Assembly (NCBI GenBank): GCA_050259235.1
Contig: JBLNAG010000002.1
Coordinates: 24,382 to 88,381, forward strand
Length of the DNA: 64,000 nucleotides
Reading direction: 5' to 3'
From: Ignavibacteriales bacterium
Lineage (GTDB): Bacteria; Bacillota_I; Bacilli_A; RF39; UBA660
Numbering within the stretch: the stretch's first letter is position 1; each line of letters begins with the position of its first letter. Of this stretch, positions 1 through 10,737 are shown one piece after another. Under the pieces are notes generated by a model. That model saw only the letters and a program-made list of their open reading frames with translations. It was not told the DNA's origin and did not search any database. Both the position numbers and the translations under genes were made by a program.

Positions 1-76
1 TATTAGTAACAATGGTCACACTATCTTCATTATGAGATCTTACTTTACCTTGATCAGTTAAATATGCATACTCCAT
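1..76 (-). CDS. N-terminal fragment of a PP2C-family Ser/Thr phosphatase (Stp/PrpC-like). The gene continues beyond the window start.
   Basis: Reverse complement of 1-76 reads aggaggaacaataATG then MEYAYLTDQGKVRSHNEDSVTIVTN, a typical PP2C N-terminus. The ATG shares one base with the rlmN stop, the usual rlmN-stp arrangement. Confidence 0.5.
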   Translation of the reverse strand, partial: MEYAYLTDQGKVRSHNEDSVTIVTN

Positions 77-1101
77 TATTGTTCCTCCTCATAGTTTGAT
101 CTTAGTTGACCACAAGCGGCGCTAACACTAGAACCAAATTCTCTTCTAATTGTTACATTAATTTTATTTTTCTTTAGTACATCATAGAATTTTAAAATTG
201 TATTTTGATCACTCTTTGTAAGATTAATATGACTTGTTTCATTATATGGAATTAAATTTACATAACAATTCATTCCTCTTAATAATCTACTTAATTCTAT
301 GGCATTTTCTTCTGAATCATTTATGTTTTTTAACATGATATATTCAAATGTAACTCGACGATTAGTCACATCAATATATTTTTTTATTGTTTTTATTAAT
401 GACTCAATATTATACACTTTGTTAATAGCCATTATTTGATTTCTTATTTCATTATTAGGGGCGTGCAAACTAATAGCTAAATTAACTTGCTTACCTAAAT
501 TCATAAATTCTTCTATCTTAGGTATAATTCCACACGTTGAAATAGTTATATGTCTAGAACCTAATTCAATTCCCTTTGGGTTATTGATAACGTCAATAAA
601 ACTAATAACATTATCATAGTTATCAAAAGGTTCTCCAATTCCCATTAATACTATATGAGTTATTTTTTTATTAATATAAGATTCAACTAATAAAATTTGC
701 GAAACCATCTCATAAGTTTCTAAATTTCTAACTTTTTTTAGACGTCCACTTTCACAAAAAGCACATCCCATATTACATCCTACTTGAGTTGAAATACATA
801 AGCTAATACCATAATCATGATACATAAGAACTGCTTCTATTTTATTTTCATCTTTTAATTCAAATAGAAATTTTTTCACATCGTTTCCTTCTTCAATTTT
901 TACTATCTTTAAAGAACTAATGTCAAAATTTTCTTCTAAATAAGTTATTAAATCTTTTTTTAAATTAGTCATTTCTTTAAAATTATTTACTCTTTTTTTA
1001 TATAACCAATCATATATTTGGCTAGCATTATATTTTTTATAATTAGATTCAACTAGAACCTTTTCTAATTCATCTAAAGAATAATTATAAATGTTTCCCA
1101 T
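76..1101 (-). CDS. rlmN: 23S rRNA (adenine2503-C2)-methyltransferase RlmN, a radical SAM enzyme
   Basis: 341 aa with CNMGCAFC radical-SAM cluster motif, C-terminal conserved GSSVSAACGQL motif and a typical RlmN/Cfr-family N-terminus. Confidence 0.9.
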   Translation of the reverse strand: MGNIYNYSLDELEKVLVESNYKKYNASQIYDWLYKKRVNNFKEMTNLKKDLITYLEENFDISSLKIVKIEEGNDVKKFLFELKDENKIEAVLMYHDYGISLCISTQVGCNMGCAFCESGRLKKVRNLETYEMVSQILLVESYINKKITHIVLMGIGEPFDNYDNVISFIDVINNPKGIELGSRHITISTCGIIPKIEEFMNLGKQVNLAISLHAPNNEIRNQIMAINKVYNIESLIKTIKKYIDVTNRRVTFEYIMLKNINDSEENAIELSRLLRGMNCYVNLIPYNETSHINLTKSDQNTILKFYDVLKKNKINVTIRREFGSSVSAACGQLRSNYEEEQ

Positions 1102-1162
1102 AGTTCCACCCTATCATCATTATACCAAAATAACAAAAAAAATAATAGATTAATCTATTATT

Positions 1163-1726
1163 TTAATTATTTAATAATATCTTTTCAATATCTTTCCAAT
1201 TGTTTACTCTTATTACTCCAGCTTCATCTAGTTCTTCCTTTGGATGTTGACTATTATTATAAGAAGTAAATAACAATTTTGTTTCAGCATTACCTTTTAA
1301 GTTTTTTAATAAGTCATCAATTTTAATATCACAATTAATCAGTTCTTTACTAGCTGTGAATATGTAATGTGATGGATCAATAAATGGCAACGTTTTAAGT
1401 AACCATTCATGTTTTCTTTGAACTAAGATTCCAGATCTGGTATTTTCTCCCTTTAATAAATAAGAACTTGCGATATATATTTCATATTCATGTGATAGTT
1501 TTTCAATAATTTCAATAGCATCTTCTTTGATATCAGCATAATCATATACATTATGACTAAAATAATAATCATAAAAGGCCTCTAATTTTTCTCTTGGAAT
1601 ACTGTCTTGAATATAATAACTTTGTATATCTTCTATCTTTAAGTTTTTCTCTAAAAACTCATTTACCATCTTCAAAGTTCCATCTGTACATATAGTATCA
1701 TCTATATCAATCATTATTTTTTTCAT
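1163..1726 (-). CDS. HAD-superfamily hydrolase, putative nucleotidase
   Basis: 187 aa with an N-terminal DxDxT-type HAD motif (IMIDIDDTI) and no signal peptide. Confidence 0.55.
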   Translation of the reverse strand: MKKIMIDIDDTICTDGTLKMVNEFLEKNLKIEDIQSYYIQDSIPREKLEAFYDYYFSHNVYDYADIKEDAIEIIEKLSHEYEIYIASSYLLKGENTRSGILVQRKHEWLLKTLPFIDPSHYIFTASKELINCDIKIDDLLKNLKGNAETKLLFTSYNNSQHPKEELDEAGVIRVNNWKDIEKILLNN

Positions 1727-1732
1727 AAAATT

Positions 1733-1945
1733 TTAGAAACCTATGATTAAACAAACTAACATAAACACCAATCCTAAGAATGCTGTTAATCTAGTTATAA
1801 AAAGTTCTCCGCCTCTTTCTTTTCTGTTGGCAAACAAACTATCATTACCACCCGAAATTACATTAGAAGCACTTTCTGCTTTACCAGCTTGTAAAAGGAC
1901 AATAGCAATTAATAATATTGAAATTATAATTAAAAACACTTGCAT
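1733..1945 (-). CDS. secG: preprotein translocase subunit SecG
   Basis: 70 aa with two TM segments and the Gly-rich central loop typical of SecG (LLQAGKAE...GG). Confidence 0.75.
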   Translation of the reverse strand: MQVFLIIISILLIAIVLLQAGKAESASNVISGGNDSLFANRKERGGELFITRLTAFLGLVFMLVCLIIGF

Positions 1946-1998
1946 TATTTCCCTCCTTAACTACATAATAATTTATCATATCTAATATTAAAAAGCAA

Positions 1999-3279
1999 CT
2001 ATTTTAATGGATTAATAATAAAAGTAGTATAGTTATCTAAGCACAAATTTTCTAAAACATATTTAACTTCTTCTAATGTTGCTTCTTCTAATTCTTTAAT
2101 TCTCTCAGTATTAACTTTATTATATTTAATAATATCATTCATTACTAAATGATTCATTCTAAAAATATTATCACTAGCTGTAATGTTATTACTAATCATA
2201 ACTTTTCTGTAACGATTAAATTCTTCTTCAGTTACCGAAGTATCTTTTAAAGCTTCAATTATCTTCTTAATTAATGTTTTAGAATCTTTAGTATCAGCTG
2301 CAACCATTACTAAAACATGATTATCGACATATGAAAGATGAAGTCCCATATAATCTGCAATTACTTCATTTGTTCTTAATTCTTCACTTAAATGTGAAGT
2401 AATACCAAGTTTTAAATTGAAGAAATTATCAATATAAGAACAAATTTTCTTAATAGGTAAATCTTTCATTTTATCAATATTTATTTTAAAGGCAATAGCT
2501 GCTTTCGTAATTGCAACATTCATTTTGATTACTTCATTTTTCTTACCAACTTTATCTGGTTCATCATAACTTTTAATCTTTATATTATCAACGGTAGATA
2601 TATTTCGTTTATTTTGATTCCTTTTAATTATTTCTAATGTTTGTTCTGGATTAATATTGCCTGTAACTACAATAAACATATTTGATGGATGATAAAAAGT
2701 ATTATAACATTTATATAAATCCTCTTTAGTTATTGAATTAATACTCTTAATTGTTCCAATTACTGGATATCTAATTGGGTGTTTAATAAAGCTATTATAA
2801 TAGATTCCTTCATATAACTTATTATATGGACGATCATCACCCATTTTTATTTCTTGTTCAATAATTCCTTGTTCCTTAGCTACATTTTCATCAGTAAAAT
2901 ATGGTTTTTGAACAAAATCCATTAAGAAATCTAGATTTTCTTCAAAGAAATCGGGACCTGAAAACAGATATGTTGTCTTAAAGTTAGAAGTATTAGCATT
3001 GATGTCTGCTCCTCTTTCTCCAAAGAAATCAAAAACATCAAGTTTATCTTCTTGTTCAAAAACTTTATGTTCCAAGAAATGAGCTATACCTCCCGGAACT
3101 TTAATCATTTTCTTTTCATCAACTGGTATAAATTCATTGTGAATTGAACCATATTTTGTAGAATAAGTAGCATATATATTATTAATATTTTCCTTAGGAA
3201 TCATATATACTTCTAAACCATTATCTAATTTTTCATAATATAAATCTAAATCTATTTTATATAGAGGTATTTTATCCAT
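1999..3279 (-). CDS. M16-family zinc peptidase (insulinase-like), catalytic subunit
   Basis: 426 aa with an HFLEH inverted zinc-binding motif (HxxEH); overlaps the upstream M16 paralog by 8 nt, as in ymfF/ymfH-type operons. Confidence 0.8.
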   Translation of the reverse strand: MDKIPLYKIDLDLYYEKLDNGLEVYMIPKENINNIYATYSTKYGSIHNEFIPVDEKKMIKVPGGIAHFLEHKVFEQEDKLDVFDFFGERGADINANTSNFKTTYLFSGPDFFEENLDFLMDFVQKPYFTDENVAKEQGIIEQEIKMGDDRPYNKLYEGIYYNSFIKHPIRYPVIGTIKSINSITKEDLYKCYNTFYHPSNMFIVVTGNINPEQTLEIIKRNQNKRNISTVDNIKIKSYDEPDKVGKKNEVIKMNVAITKAAIAFKINIDKMKDLPIKKICSYIDNFFNLKLGITSHLSEELRTNEVIADYMGLHLSYVDNHVLVMVAADTKDSKTLIKKIIEALKDTSVTEEEFNRYRKVMISNNITASDNIFRMNHLVMNDIIKYNKVNTERIKELEEATLEEVKYVLENLCLDNYTTFIINPLK

Positions 3280-4540
3280 TGTTATTACCTCCTTCTAAAA
3301 AGAAAATGGTATCTAAGTGTACTTTTTTAGCAAAGTTAATAATCATTTGACGAGTAACTCTTTCAATACTTTTCTTACGTTCTTCAAGTAAATCATAACC
3401 CAAATATTGATGAGTAACATATAAATTTATAATTGAATTTGGTGAATCTTCTAATTGCTTAAAAGATGCTAAATAAGTAACTTTAGCTTTTTCAATATCA
3501 CTTTCAGTAAATTCTCCTCTTTCCATTTTTCTTACTTCTTCTCTAATAATTCTAGTTGCTTTATTATATTTATCAGCATTAATACCAGCAGATATAGTCA
3601 TAGTACTAATAATAGATGAAAATGAAGCACTAATAGAGTAACATAGTGAATTCTTTTCACGAACATTTTTAAATAGTTTCGAGTCTGCTCCTCCACCTAA
3701 AATATATGAATATATATTTGCTATGTATTGTCTTTCAAATAATGTAAGTGGATCTGATTTAAATCCCATACATAAATAACTTTGATTAATATCCTTTTTT
3801 TCCTTAACCTTTTTTATTTTACTATTAATCCTTTTGTGATTATAAAAATGTTCTTTAGATGGTTTTTTAGCTGTTTTAATATTAAAATTATGCAAAATGA
3901 TATTTTTTATTTTATCTTCATCAATATCTCCAATAACAAAAATATCAATTAAATCACTCTTTAGGACATTTTGATAATATCTATATAAATTTTCTTCATT
4001 TATTTTTTCTAAATCTTCTATATATCCTACTCCACGATAAGATATTTTTTCTTTTTTTCCCATTACTTCATACATTCTTGCATTAGTATATTGAGTATTA
4101 TTTTCTTCAAATGAATTAATATCATCCTTCAAAATATTATATGCTTTTTTAAAACTTTCCTTTTCAAACTTACCACCAACAACATTAGGTTTTAATAATA
4201 AATCAAAGAAAAATTGTAATGACTTTTCATTCATTCCCTTTTCAGTATACTTTTCATGCAAAAAACTACAATTATAACTCATAATTGCATATTCACCAGA
4301 ACTAAATGTTCCACTACTATAACCTAGATTATATAATTCTTCTGTTGCAATCTCCAATAATCTTCTAGTTGGATAATTACAAGAAGACTCTAACAAAACA
4401 TTTACTAAAATATTTCGGAAAGTAATATCTTCTTTATCAAACAATTTCTTAAAATTTATTTTTACAGTAATTGTTTTAAATTTATCTGTTTTAATTAGAT
4501 GAATATTATAAGCAGGTGTTTCATATTTTCGATATTTCAT
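3272..4540 (-). CDS. M16-family peptidase paralog, probable non-catalytic partner
   Basis: 422 aa with M16-like fold and length but no HxxEH motif; translationally coupled to the downstream M16 gene. Confidence 0.7.
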   Translation of the reverse strand: MKYRKYETPAYNIHLIKTDKFKTITVKINFKKLFDKEDITFRNILVNVLLESSCNYPTRRLLEIATEELYNLGYSSGTFSSGEYAIMSYNCSFLHEKYTEKGMNEKSLQFFFDLLLKPNVVGGKFEKESFKKAYNILKDDINSFEENNTQYTNARMYEVMGKKEKISYRGVGYIEDLEKINEENLYRYYQNVLKSDLIDIFVIGDIDEDKIKNIILHNFNIKTAKKPSKEHFYNHKRINSKIKKVKEKKDINQSYLCMGFKSDPLTLFERQYIANIYSYILGGGADSKLFKNVREKNSLCYSISASFSSIISTMTISAGINADKYNKATRIIREEVRKMERGEFTESDIEKAKVTYLASFKQLEDSPNSIINLYVTHQYLGYDLLEERKKSIERVTRQMIINFAKKVHLDTIFFLEGGNNNG

Positions 4541-4552
4541 TCAAACCTCCTG

Positions 4553-5251
4553 TTAGATAGATTCTAAAGCTAATTCAATCATTTTAGTGAAAGATGTTTG
4601 TCTCTCATCACTAGTAGTTTCTTCATGAGTTACTAAATGATCTGAGACAGTTAATATGCATGCAGCTTTTTTATTTAAAACATTGGCATTATGAAATAAA
4701 GCAAATGATTCCATTTCAACAGCAATACAATTATATTTTTCATATACTTCTTTAAAATTATCGTTTTCTCTATAGAAAACATCACTAGAATGAATTACTC
4801 CTTCAATTAAATTAATGTTTTTTTCTTTAGCTTTTAATCTAATCTTCTCATTAATATATTCGTTAGATTTCAAAATATTGTCTCTGCATCCATTTTGATT
4901 ATATGCATAACTTGATTCTGAAAACGAAGATAATGTTAAAACAACATCATATAGTTTTAAATTATCGGTATAAGCACCACAAGAGCCTACTCTAATAATA
5001 GTATCTACATCATAAAATTTAAATAATTCATATGAATATATACCAATACTAGGCATTCCCATACCTGATGCCATAGCAGTAACTCTTTTTCCATTATAAG
5101 TTCCAGTATAACCTAACATACCTCTTACATCATTGACTAGTTTATAATTTTCTAAATAAGTTTCTGCAATGAATTTTGCGCGAAGAGGATCTCCCGGCAT
5201 AATTACTATACTTGCAATATCTTCCTTTTTAGCTTCTATATGTGCTGTCAT
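4553..5251 (-). CDS. deoD: purine nucleoside phosphorylase, DeoD type
   Basis: 232 aa; the motif run GDPLRAKFIAE...GMGMPS...VGSCG matches PNP/UDP family 1. Confidence 0.9.
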   Translation of the reverse strand: MTAHIEAKKEDIASIVIMPGDPLRAKFIAETYLENYKLVNDVRGMLGYTGTYNGKRVTAMASGMGMPSIGIYSYELFKFYDVDTIIRVGSCGAYTDNLKLYDVVLTLSSFSESSYAYNQNGCRDNILKSNEYINEKIRLKAKEKNINLIEGVIHSSDVFYRENDNFKEVYEKYNCIAVEMESFALFHNANVLNKKAACILTVSDHLVTHEETTSDERQTSFTKMIELALESI

Positions 5252-5289
5252 AATTACCTCCTATATTTAGTATACCATTTTTTAGTATT

Positions 5290-5790
5290 TTAACCCTTTG
5301 TTTTACTTTTAATTATTTCAATTAGCTTATTAAACTTGTTTCCAGCTTTTAGACTATTCTTACTGAAAAAAAGTGCTCTATTATAATCTACATATAATGT
5401 AATATAATCATCAGTTATTCTAACTTTTTTTATTTCCCTCCAAAGTACTTGTTCTTCTAATTTTTCGTTTTCCTCATATATACCATCATCATCGACAATA
5501 ACTTTATATTTTCCATATACCGGTGACATCTTGTTGTCATCTTTCTTTACAACAACAAACGTAAATACTCTGTTATATACTTTAAAAATTAACATTATAA
5601 TTAAAATATATACTACAAATAGAAACCCAATAGTAATTGGCTTATCCATAAGTAATTTATACATAAATAAGCAATATAAAATACTAGCAACTATAAAATA
5701 TACAATATTATATTGCTTATTACGTTCATATATAAAAGTTTTGTAATCATCTCTTGTAAGTACATAATTAAAATGCATCATATAACACAC
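5290..5790 (-). CDS. hypothetical membrane protein (YcxB-like)
   Basis: 166 aa with two TM helices followed by a small cytoplasmic domain. Confidence 0.45.
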   Translation of the reverse strand: MCYMMHFNYVLTRDDYKTFIYERNKQYNIVYFIVASILYCLFMYKLLMDKPITIGFLFVVYILIIMLIFKVYNRVFTFVVVKKDDNKMSPVYGKYKVIVDDDGIYEENEKLEEQVLWREIKKVRITDDYITLYVDYNRALFFSKNSLKAGNKFNKLIEIIKSKTKG

Positions 5791-8610
5791 CTACTTTATT
5801 AATGGTTTTAAAAACATTCCTGTATAGCTTTCCTTAACATTAACTATTTCTTCAGGCGTACCAGTAGCAATTATATTACCACCTTTATCTCCACCTTCAG
5901 GTCCTAAATCAATGATATAGTCAGCTACCTTTATAACATCTAAGTTATGTTCAATAACTATTACTGTATCTCCATTATCTACTATTTTTTGTAATATTAC
6001 AAGTAGTTTCTTTATATCATCACTATGTAAACCAGTAGTTGGTTCATCTAAAATAAATAAACTCTTACCAGTTGGCTTTCTTTGTAATTCTTTTGCCAAT
6101 TTAATTCGACCAGCTTCTCCTCCACTTAAAGTTGGAGCACTTTGTCCGAGTTTAATATAAGATAATCCAACATCCATTAGAACTTGTAATTTACTTTTTA
6201 CCTTAGGTATATTTTCGAAAAACTCAATTGCTTCTTCTACTCGCATTTCTAAAACATCATATATATTTTTACCTTTATATTTTATTTGTAATGTTTCGCG
6301 ATTATATCTTGTTCCACCACAAACTTCGCATGGCACATAAACATCTGGTAAAAAATGCATCTCTATTTTCTTAACGCCATCTCCCCAGCAAGCTTCACAT
6401 CTTCCACCTTTTACATTGAATGAAAAACGACCTTTTTCATAACCACGTATCTTAGCTTCTTTTGTTTCAGTAAAAACATCTCTAATATCATCAAATGCAC
6501 CTGTATATGTTGCTGGATTACTTCGTGGTGTTCTACCAATTGGTGCTTGTGAAATATCAACAACTTTATCAATATTTTCTATTCCTTTAACACTCTTATA
6601 TTTACCAGGTTTATCTTTTACTTTATATAAATTATTATTTATTATCTTATATAATGTTTCATTTATTAAACTACTCTTACCACTACCACTTACACCAGTA
6701 ATACAAATAAATGTTCCTAAAGGAAATTTAACATCAATATTCTTTAAATTGTTTTCGCTTGCTCCTTTTAACTCGATAAACTTTTTATTTCCTTTTCTAC
6801 GAGTGCTAGGAACTTCTATTTTTTCCTTACCGCTTAAGTAACGACCAGTAATACTATTGTCATTGTTCATTACTTCAGTAGGAGTTCCAAAAGCTACAAC
6901 TTCTCCACCATGATCCCCAGCTTTAGGACCAATATCAACTAAGTAATCACTGGCTAACATAGTATCAGTATCATGTTCAACCACAATTAAAGTATTACCT
7001 AAATCACGCATTTCTAATAGTGAATTTATTAAACGATTATTATCTCTTTGATGTAAACCAATACTTGGTTCATCTAAAACATATAGAACACCTGTTAATC
7101 TAGAACCTATTTGAGTTGCTAATCTAATTCGTCCAGCTTCCCCCCCACTTAATGTTCCAGCCATACGATTAAGAGTTAAATACTCTAATCCAACATTAAT
7201 TAAAAATGTTACTCTTGAGCATATTTCTTTAACAATTAAATTAGATATTTCTTTTTCTTCTTTAGTCAATTTTAAATTATCTAAAAACTCATATAGTTCA
7301 CCAATACTTAACTTAGTTACTTCATATATATTTTTACCATTAATAAGAACTGATAAAACTGAATCATCTAATCTTGCTCCTTGACACTTCGGACATGGAA
7401 GTTCAGTCATAAATTGTTCAATCCAATCTCTAATCCAATTACTCTTAGTTTCAATATATCTTCTTTCTAAGTTAGTTATAATACCTTCATAATAATCTTT
7501 TGTTTTCCTACTATTACCATTCTTAGAAGTATAATTAAATTCAATAATATCTTTAGATCCATATAAAACAATATCCAGCTCTTCTTTTTTTAAATTTTTA
7601 ATTGGTTTAGTCATATCAATATTATAGTATTTACATACTGTTTCGATATTAGTAAATGTTATATTATTGGTATCATTATTGTTAATGGCTGTAATAGCAC
7701 CATCAATAATACTTAAATCACGATTAGGAATAACTAAATCTTCATCTATTTTAAGTTTTATTCCTAGTCCCTTACACTCATCACATGCACCATATGGAGC
7801 ATTAAAAGAAAATAATCTTGGTTCTAATTCAGGTAAAGAAAAATCACAATCTGGACAAGCATATTTTTCACTCATAATTATCTCTTTACCATCAATTACA
7901 TCAATTATTACTTTACCATTAGATAACTTAGAAGCTATTTCCATTGCTTCATATAATCTACTTCTAACATCATCTCTAATAATTAAACGATCAATTACCA
8001 CATGAATATTATGTTTTTTGTTTTTATCTAAAGTTATTTCATCTGATAATTCATATTCTTCATTATCTATACGAACACGAACATATCCATCTTTTTTTAG
8101 TTCTTCTAATAACTCTTTATGTGTTCCCTTTTCACCATTGATAGCAGGACTTAATACTCTAATTTTAGTGTTTTCACTTAAATTCATAACTTGGTTAGTC
8201 ATTTCTTCAATGCTCTGACTACTAATTGGTTTATGATGATTAGGACAATATGGTACTCCAATACGAGCATATAGTAACCTTAAATAGTCATAGATTTCAG
8301 TGACTGTTCCTACTGTACTACGAGGATTTTTATTAGTAGTTTTTTGGTCAATACTTATAGCTGGGCTTAACCCTTCAATTGAATCAACATCTGGTTTTTC
8401 TGTTCCACCTAAAAACTGTCTAGCATATGCACTAAGACTTTCAACATATCTTCTTTGACCTTCAGCATAAATAGTATCAAAAGCTAAAGAACTTTTACCA
8501 CTACCGCTTACTCCTGTCATTACTATTAATTTATTTTTAGGCAAAGTAATATCAATATTTTTTAAATTGTTTTCCCTTGCTCCTTTTATAATTATTTGAT
8601 CCATTTTCAT
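5791..8610 (-). CDS. uvrA: excinuclease ABC subunit A (UvrA)
   Basis: Two ABC ATPase modules (GVSGSGKSSL twice), zinc-finger cysteines and the LSGGEAQR signature. The ORF-track start at 8682 looks too far upstream; the conserved N-terminus MDQIIIKGARENNLKNI begins near 8604-8610. Confidence 0.95.
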   Translation of the reverse strand: MKMDQIIIKGARENNLKNIDITLPKNKLIVMTGVSGSGKSSLAFDTIYAEGQRRYVESLSAYARQFLGGTEKPDVDSIEGLSPAISIDQKTTNKNPRSTVGTVTEIYDYLRLLYARIGVPYCPNHHKPISSQSIEEMTNQVMNLSENTKIRVLSPAINGEKGTHKELLEELKKDGYVRVRIDNEEYELSDEITLDKNKKHNIHVVIDRLIIRDDVRSRLYEAMEIASKLSNGKVIIDVIDGKEIIMSEKYACPDCDFSLPELEPRLFSFNAPYGACDECKGLGIKLKIDEDLVIPNRDLSIIDGAITAINNNDTNNITFTNIETVCKYYNIDMTKPIKNLKKEELDIVLYGSKDIIEFNYTSKNGNSRKTKDYYEGIITNLERRYIETKSNWIRDWIEQFMTELPCPKCQGARLDDSVLSVLINGKNIYEVTKLSIGELYEFLDNLKLTKEEKEISNLIVKEICSRVTFLINVGLEYLTLNRMAGTLSGGEAGRIRLATQIGSRLTGVLYVLDEPSIGLHQRDNNRLINSLLEMRDLGNTLIVVEHDTDTMLASDYLVDIGPKAGDHGGEVVAFGTPTEVMNNDNSITGRYLSGKEKIEVPSTRRKGNKKFIELKGASENNLKNIDVKFPLGTFICITGVSGSGKSSLINETLYKIINNNLYKVKDKPGKYKSVKGIENIDKVVDISQAPIGRTPRSNPATYTGAFDDIRDVFTETKEAKIRGYEKGRFSFNVKGGRCEACWGDGVKKIEMHFLPDVYVPCEVCGGTRYNRETLQIKYKGKNIYDVLEMRVEEAIEFFENIPKVKSKLQVLMDVGLSYIKLGQSAPTLSGGEAGRIKLAKELQRKPTGKSLFILDEPTTGLHSDDIKKLLVILQKIVDNGDTVIVIEHNLDVIKVADYIIDLGPEGGDKGGNIIATGTPEEIVNVKESYTGMFLKPLIK

Positions 8611-8717
8611 CACTTCTTCTATGTCAAAATTTGTTAATATTTCATAATTATTATACCACATTTTATAATGGGTAATCTCCATATATTATAATTAGAAATA
8701 TCTATTAGCATTTTATC

Positions 8718-8729
8718 AAACAAACGTTT
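8718..8729 (-). promoter_or_regulatory. candidate Cheo/LexA-like box (AAAC-N4-GTTT) in the uvrA upstream region
   Basis: aaacaaacgttt lies 40-110 nt upstream of uvrA. It resembles the recA-upstream box in this window (shared AACAnnnnGTTTG). Confidence 0.3.
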
Positions 8730-8776
8730 GGTTGTCAATGCTATAAATAATATAAAAAAACTTAACTCTCGTTAAG

Positions 8777-9370
8777 TTAATAATATTTGTATTTAATAAA
8801 TTTTTCACCTTTTTTTAATTTCATTTCCATGATGGTTTGAAGTATTCTATTGGTACCTGTTTTAAAATCATATTTATTTTGTAAAGGATCAACTAAAATA
8901 CTACATAATCCATATTCATTTGCTCCTTTAATATCAGTAAGCATTTGATCACCTATCATAGCAGTAGAACAAGCATCACTTTCAAGTAATTTAAGAGCTC
9001 TATCAAAAGCTTCTTTTTTAGGTTTATCTGCATTTGATAGTGACAGTACTTTTAACTCTTTAGCTACCGGGTTAACTCTTTCCACTGAATTATTTGACAC
9101 AATACATATATTAAAGCCATCATCAATTAGAGTAACAAATAATTTAACTAATTTTTCATCTACCTCTATATCATTAACAGGTAAAATTGTGTTATCAATA
9201 TCAAAAATTAAATTAACAATACCTCTTTCATATAAATCTTGATAATTGATAGAATATACATCTTTTGCATAATAATCAGGTATCATCATTTCTATTTGTT
9301 TTTTATTACCACACATTACTGATATAAAACTCTTAGCCATCACTTTAATTTTACTCATAACGCACCTCAT
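8777..9370 (-). CDS. yqeG: YqeG-family HAD-IIIA phosphatase
   Basis: FDIDNTIL motif I, ICIVSNNS and MIGDQMLTD motifs. The true start is probably the internal Met near 9289. Confidence 0.7.
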   Translation of the reverse strand: MRCVMSKIKVMAKSFISVMCGNKKQIEMMIPDYYAKDVYSINYQDLYERGIVNLIFDIDNTILPVNDIEVDEKLVKLFVTLIDDGFNICIVSNNSVERVNPVAKELKVLSLSNADKPKKEAFDRALKLLESDACSTAMIGDQMLTDIKGANEYGLCSILVDPLQNKYDFKTGTNRILQTIMEMKLKKGEKFIKYKYY

Positions 9371-9388
9371 AGGTATTATATCATAAAA

Positions 9389-9739
9389 TTAATCTTTTGG
9401 TTTAAAAATAAGCGATAAGACAAAGGAGAATACTATAGCAGCTGTTATTCCGGAAGCTGTTAAATCAAACATTCCCATTAATAATCCCATATATCCAAGA
9501 CTACCAGCTGTATCTAAAGCTCCATGAATTAATAAGTGACCGAAACTAGTAATAGGAACTAATGCCCCACCACCAGCCCACAATATTAATCTGTCATATA
9601 AATTGAAGATATCTAAAAAAGAACCTAAAACAACAAAGATAGTTGTAATATGACCAGGAGTTAATTTAGTGTTATCTAATATTAATTGTCCAATTAGACA
9701 GACAACTCCCGCAAATATAAAGGCATTCAAATATATCAT
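9389..9739 (-). CDS. spoVAEB: stage V sporulation protein AE (SpoVAEB-like)
   Basis: 116-aa membrane protein of the SpoVAC/SpoVAEB family, immediately downstream of spoVAD. Confidence 0.8.
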   Translation of the reverse strand: MIYLNAFIFAGVVCLIGQLILDNTKLTPGHITTIFVVLGSFLDIFNLYDRLILWAGGGALVPITSFGHLLIHGALDTAGSLGYMGLLMGMFDLTASGITAAIVFSFVLSLIFKPKD

Positions 9740-10737
9740 TCTATTACCTCCAAACTAATTGCGTGAGCAATACTTGGAATGGTTAATTTTTCATTTACCA
9801 TTGTTGGGGACATTAAAGCGCCAGTCGCTACTAATAGGACACGATCTAATTCACCATTTTTCATCTTTTGAAGTATATAACTATAAGTAACTAAAGGAGC
9901 ACAGGCTGGTCCACTAGCTCCTGAATATACTGGCTGTTTATTTAAATCATAAATCATACATGCTGTATCATCATAGTTCTTTAATTTTATTCCATATTCT
10001 GTTTTAATATATTCCTTTAAAATATCTTTTCCAATAGCACCTAAATCACCAGTTAAAATAAGATCGTAATAACCAGCTTCCCTTTTGGTATCACGTAAAT
10101 GACGATAAATAGTGGATGCGGCGGCTGGAGCCATAGCTGCTCCCATATGATATACATCTTTACATCCAATATCAGTAGTAACTCCTATTGTTGCGCTTTC
10201 AATACGAATTCCTGCTTTTTTAGAATCAAGATAAGCACTTGCTCCACCAGTTGATGTAAATGTTGTAGTCTTTTTTTTCGGTCCACCATATTCGGTCGGA
10301 TATCTAAATTGTTTTTCTGCAGCATTATTATGAGAGGATGTTGTACATATACAATTCTTTATTTGTTTTGCTTCAATCATGTTAGCCCCTATTATTAAGC
10401 CTTCAACACTAGTTGCACAAGCACTATATATGCCAAGATAAGGAATACCTAAACTACTAGCAGCATAATTAGACGCAACAATTTGATTTAATAAATCACC
10501 TGATATTAATAAATCAACATCAAATTTTGTTCTCTTAATTTTGGTTAATAAAATATCAACACTTTCTTCAATTAATTTACTTTCTGCTTGTTCCCATGTA
10601 TTCATTCCAAAATACAAGTCATCGTAACTCTTATCAAAAAATTTACTTAATGGTCCTTTTGATTCATATGGTCCAGTAATAGTACTAACTTCATTTATAT
10701 ACACATTATTATATTTAAATGTCATATTAAGCACCAA
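9736..10737 (-). CDS. spoVAD: stage V sporulation protein AD
   Basis: 333 aa with a thiolase/ketoacyl-synthase-like fold and a SpoVAD-typical N-terminus (TGPYESKGPL); overlaps both spoVAC and spoVAE. Confidence 0.85.
   Translation of the reverse strand: MVLNMTFKYNNVYINEVSTITGPYESKGPLSKFFDKSYDDLYFGMNTWEQAESKLIEESVDILLTKIKRTKFDVDLLISGDLLNQIVASNYAASSLGIPYLGIYSACATSVEGLIIGANMIEAKQIKNCICTTSSHNNAAEKQFRYPTEYGGPKKKTTTFTSTGGASAYLDSKKAGIRIESATIGVTTDIGCKDVYHMGAAMAPAAASTIYRHLRDTKREAGYYDLILTGDLGAIGKDILKEYIKTEYGIKLKNYDDTACMIYDLNKQPVYSGASGPACAPLVTYSYILQKMKNGELDRVLLVATGALMSPTMVNEKLTIPSIAHAISLEVIE

Noticed and set aside
1743-1985. Plus-strand ORFs overlapping minus-strand genes (for example 1743-1985, 5531-5746, 7667-8005, 8018-8218, 18864-19139, 25889-26188, 32193-32561, 34643-34903, 45521-45904, 60928-61152).
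   Set aside because: All lie antisense within well-supported minus-strand genes. Their products are low-complexity I/L/S/F-rich, as expected from the antisense strand of AT-rich coding DNA, and they have no RBS.
8611-8682. Upstream ORF-track start of uvrA at 8682 (MEITHYKMWYNNYE...).
   Set aside because: There is no RBS, and the conserved UvrA N-terminus begins about 25 codons downstream. Likewise the first-ATG or GTG/TTG starts of yqeG, the 946-aa gene, the AlbA_2 gene and rmuC look too long.
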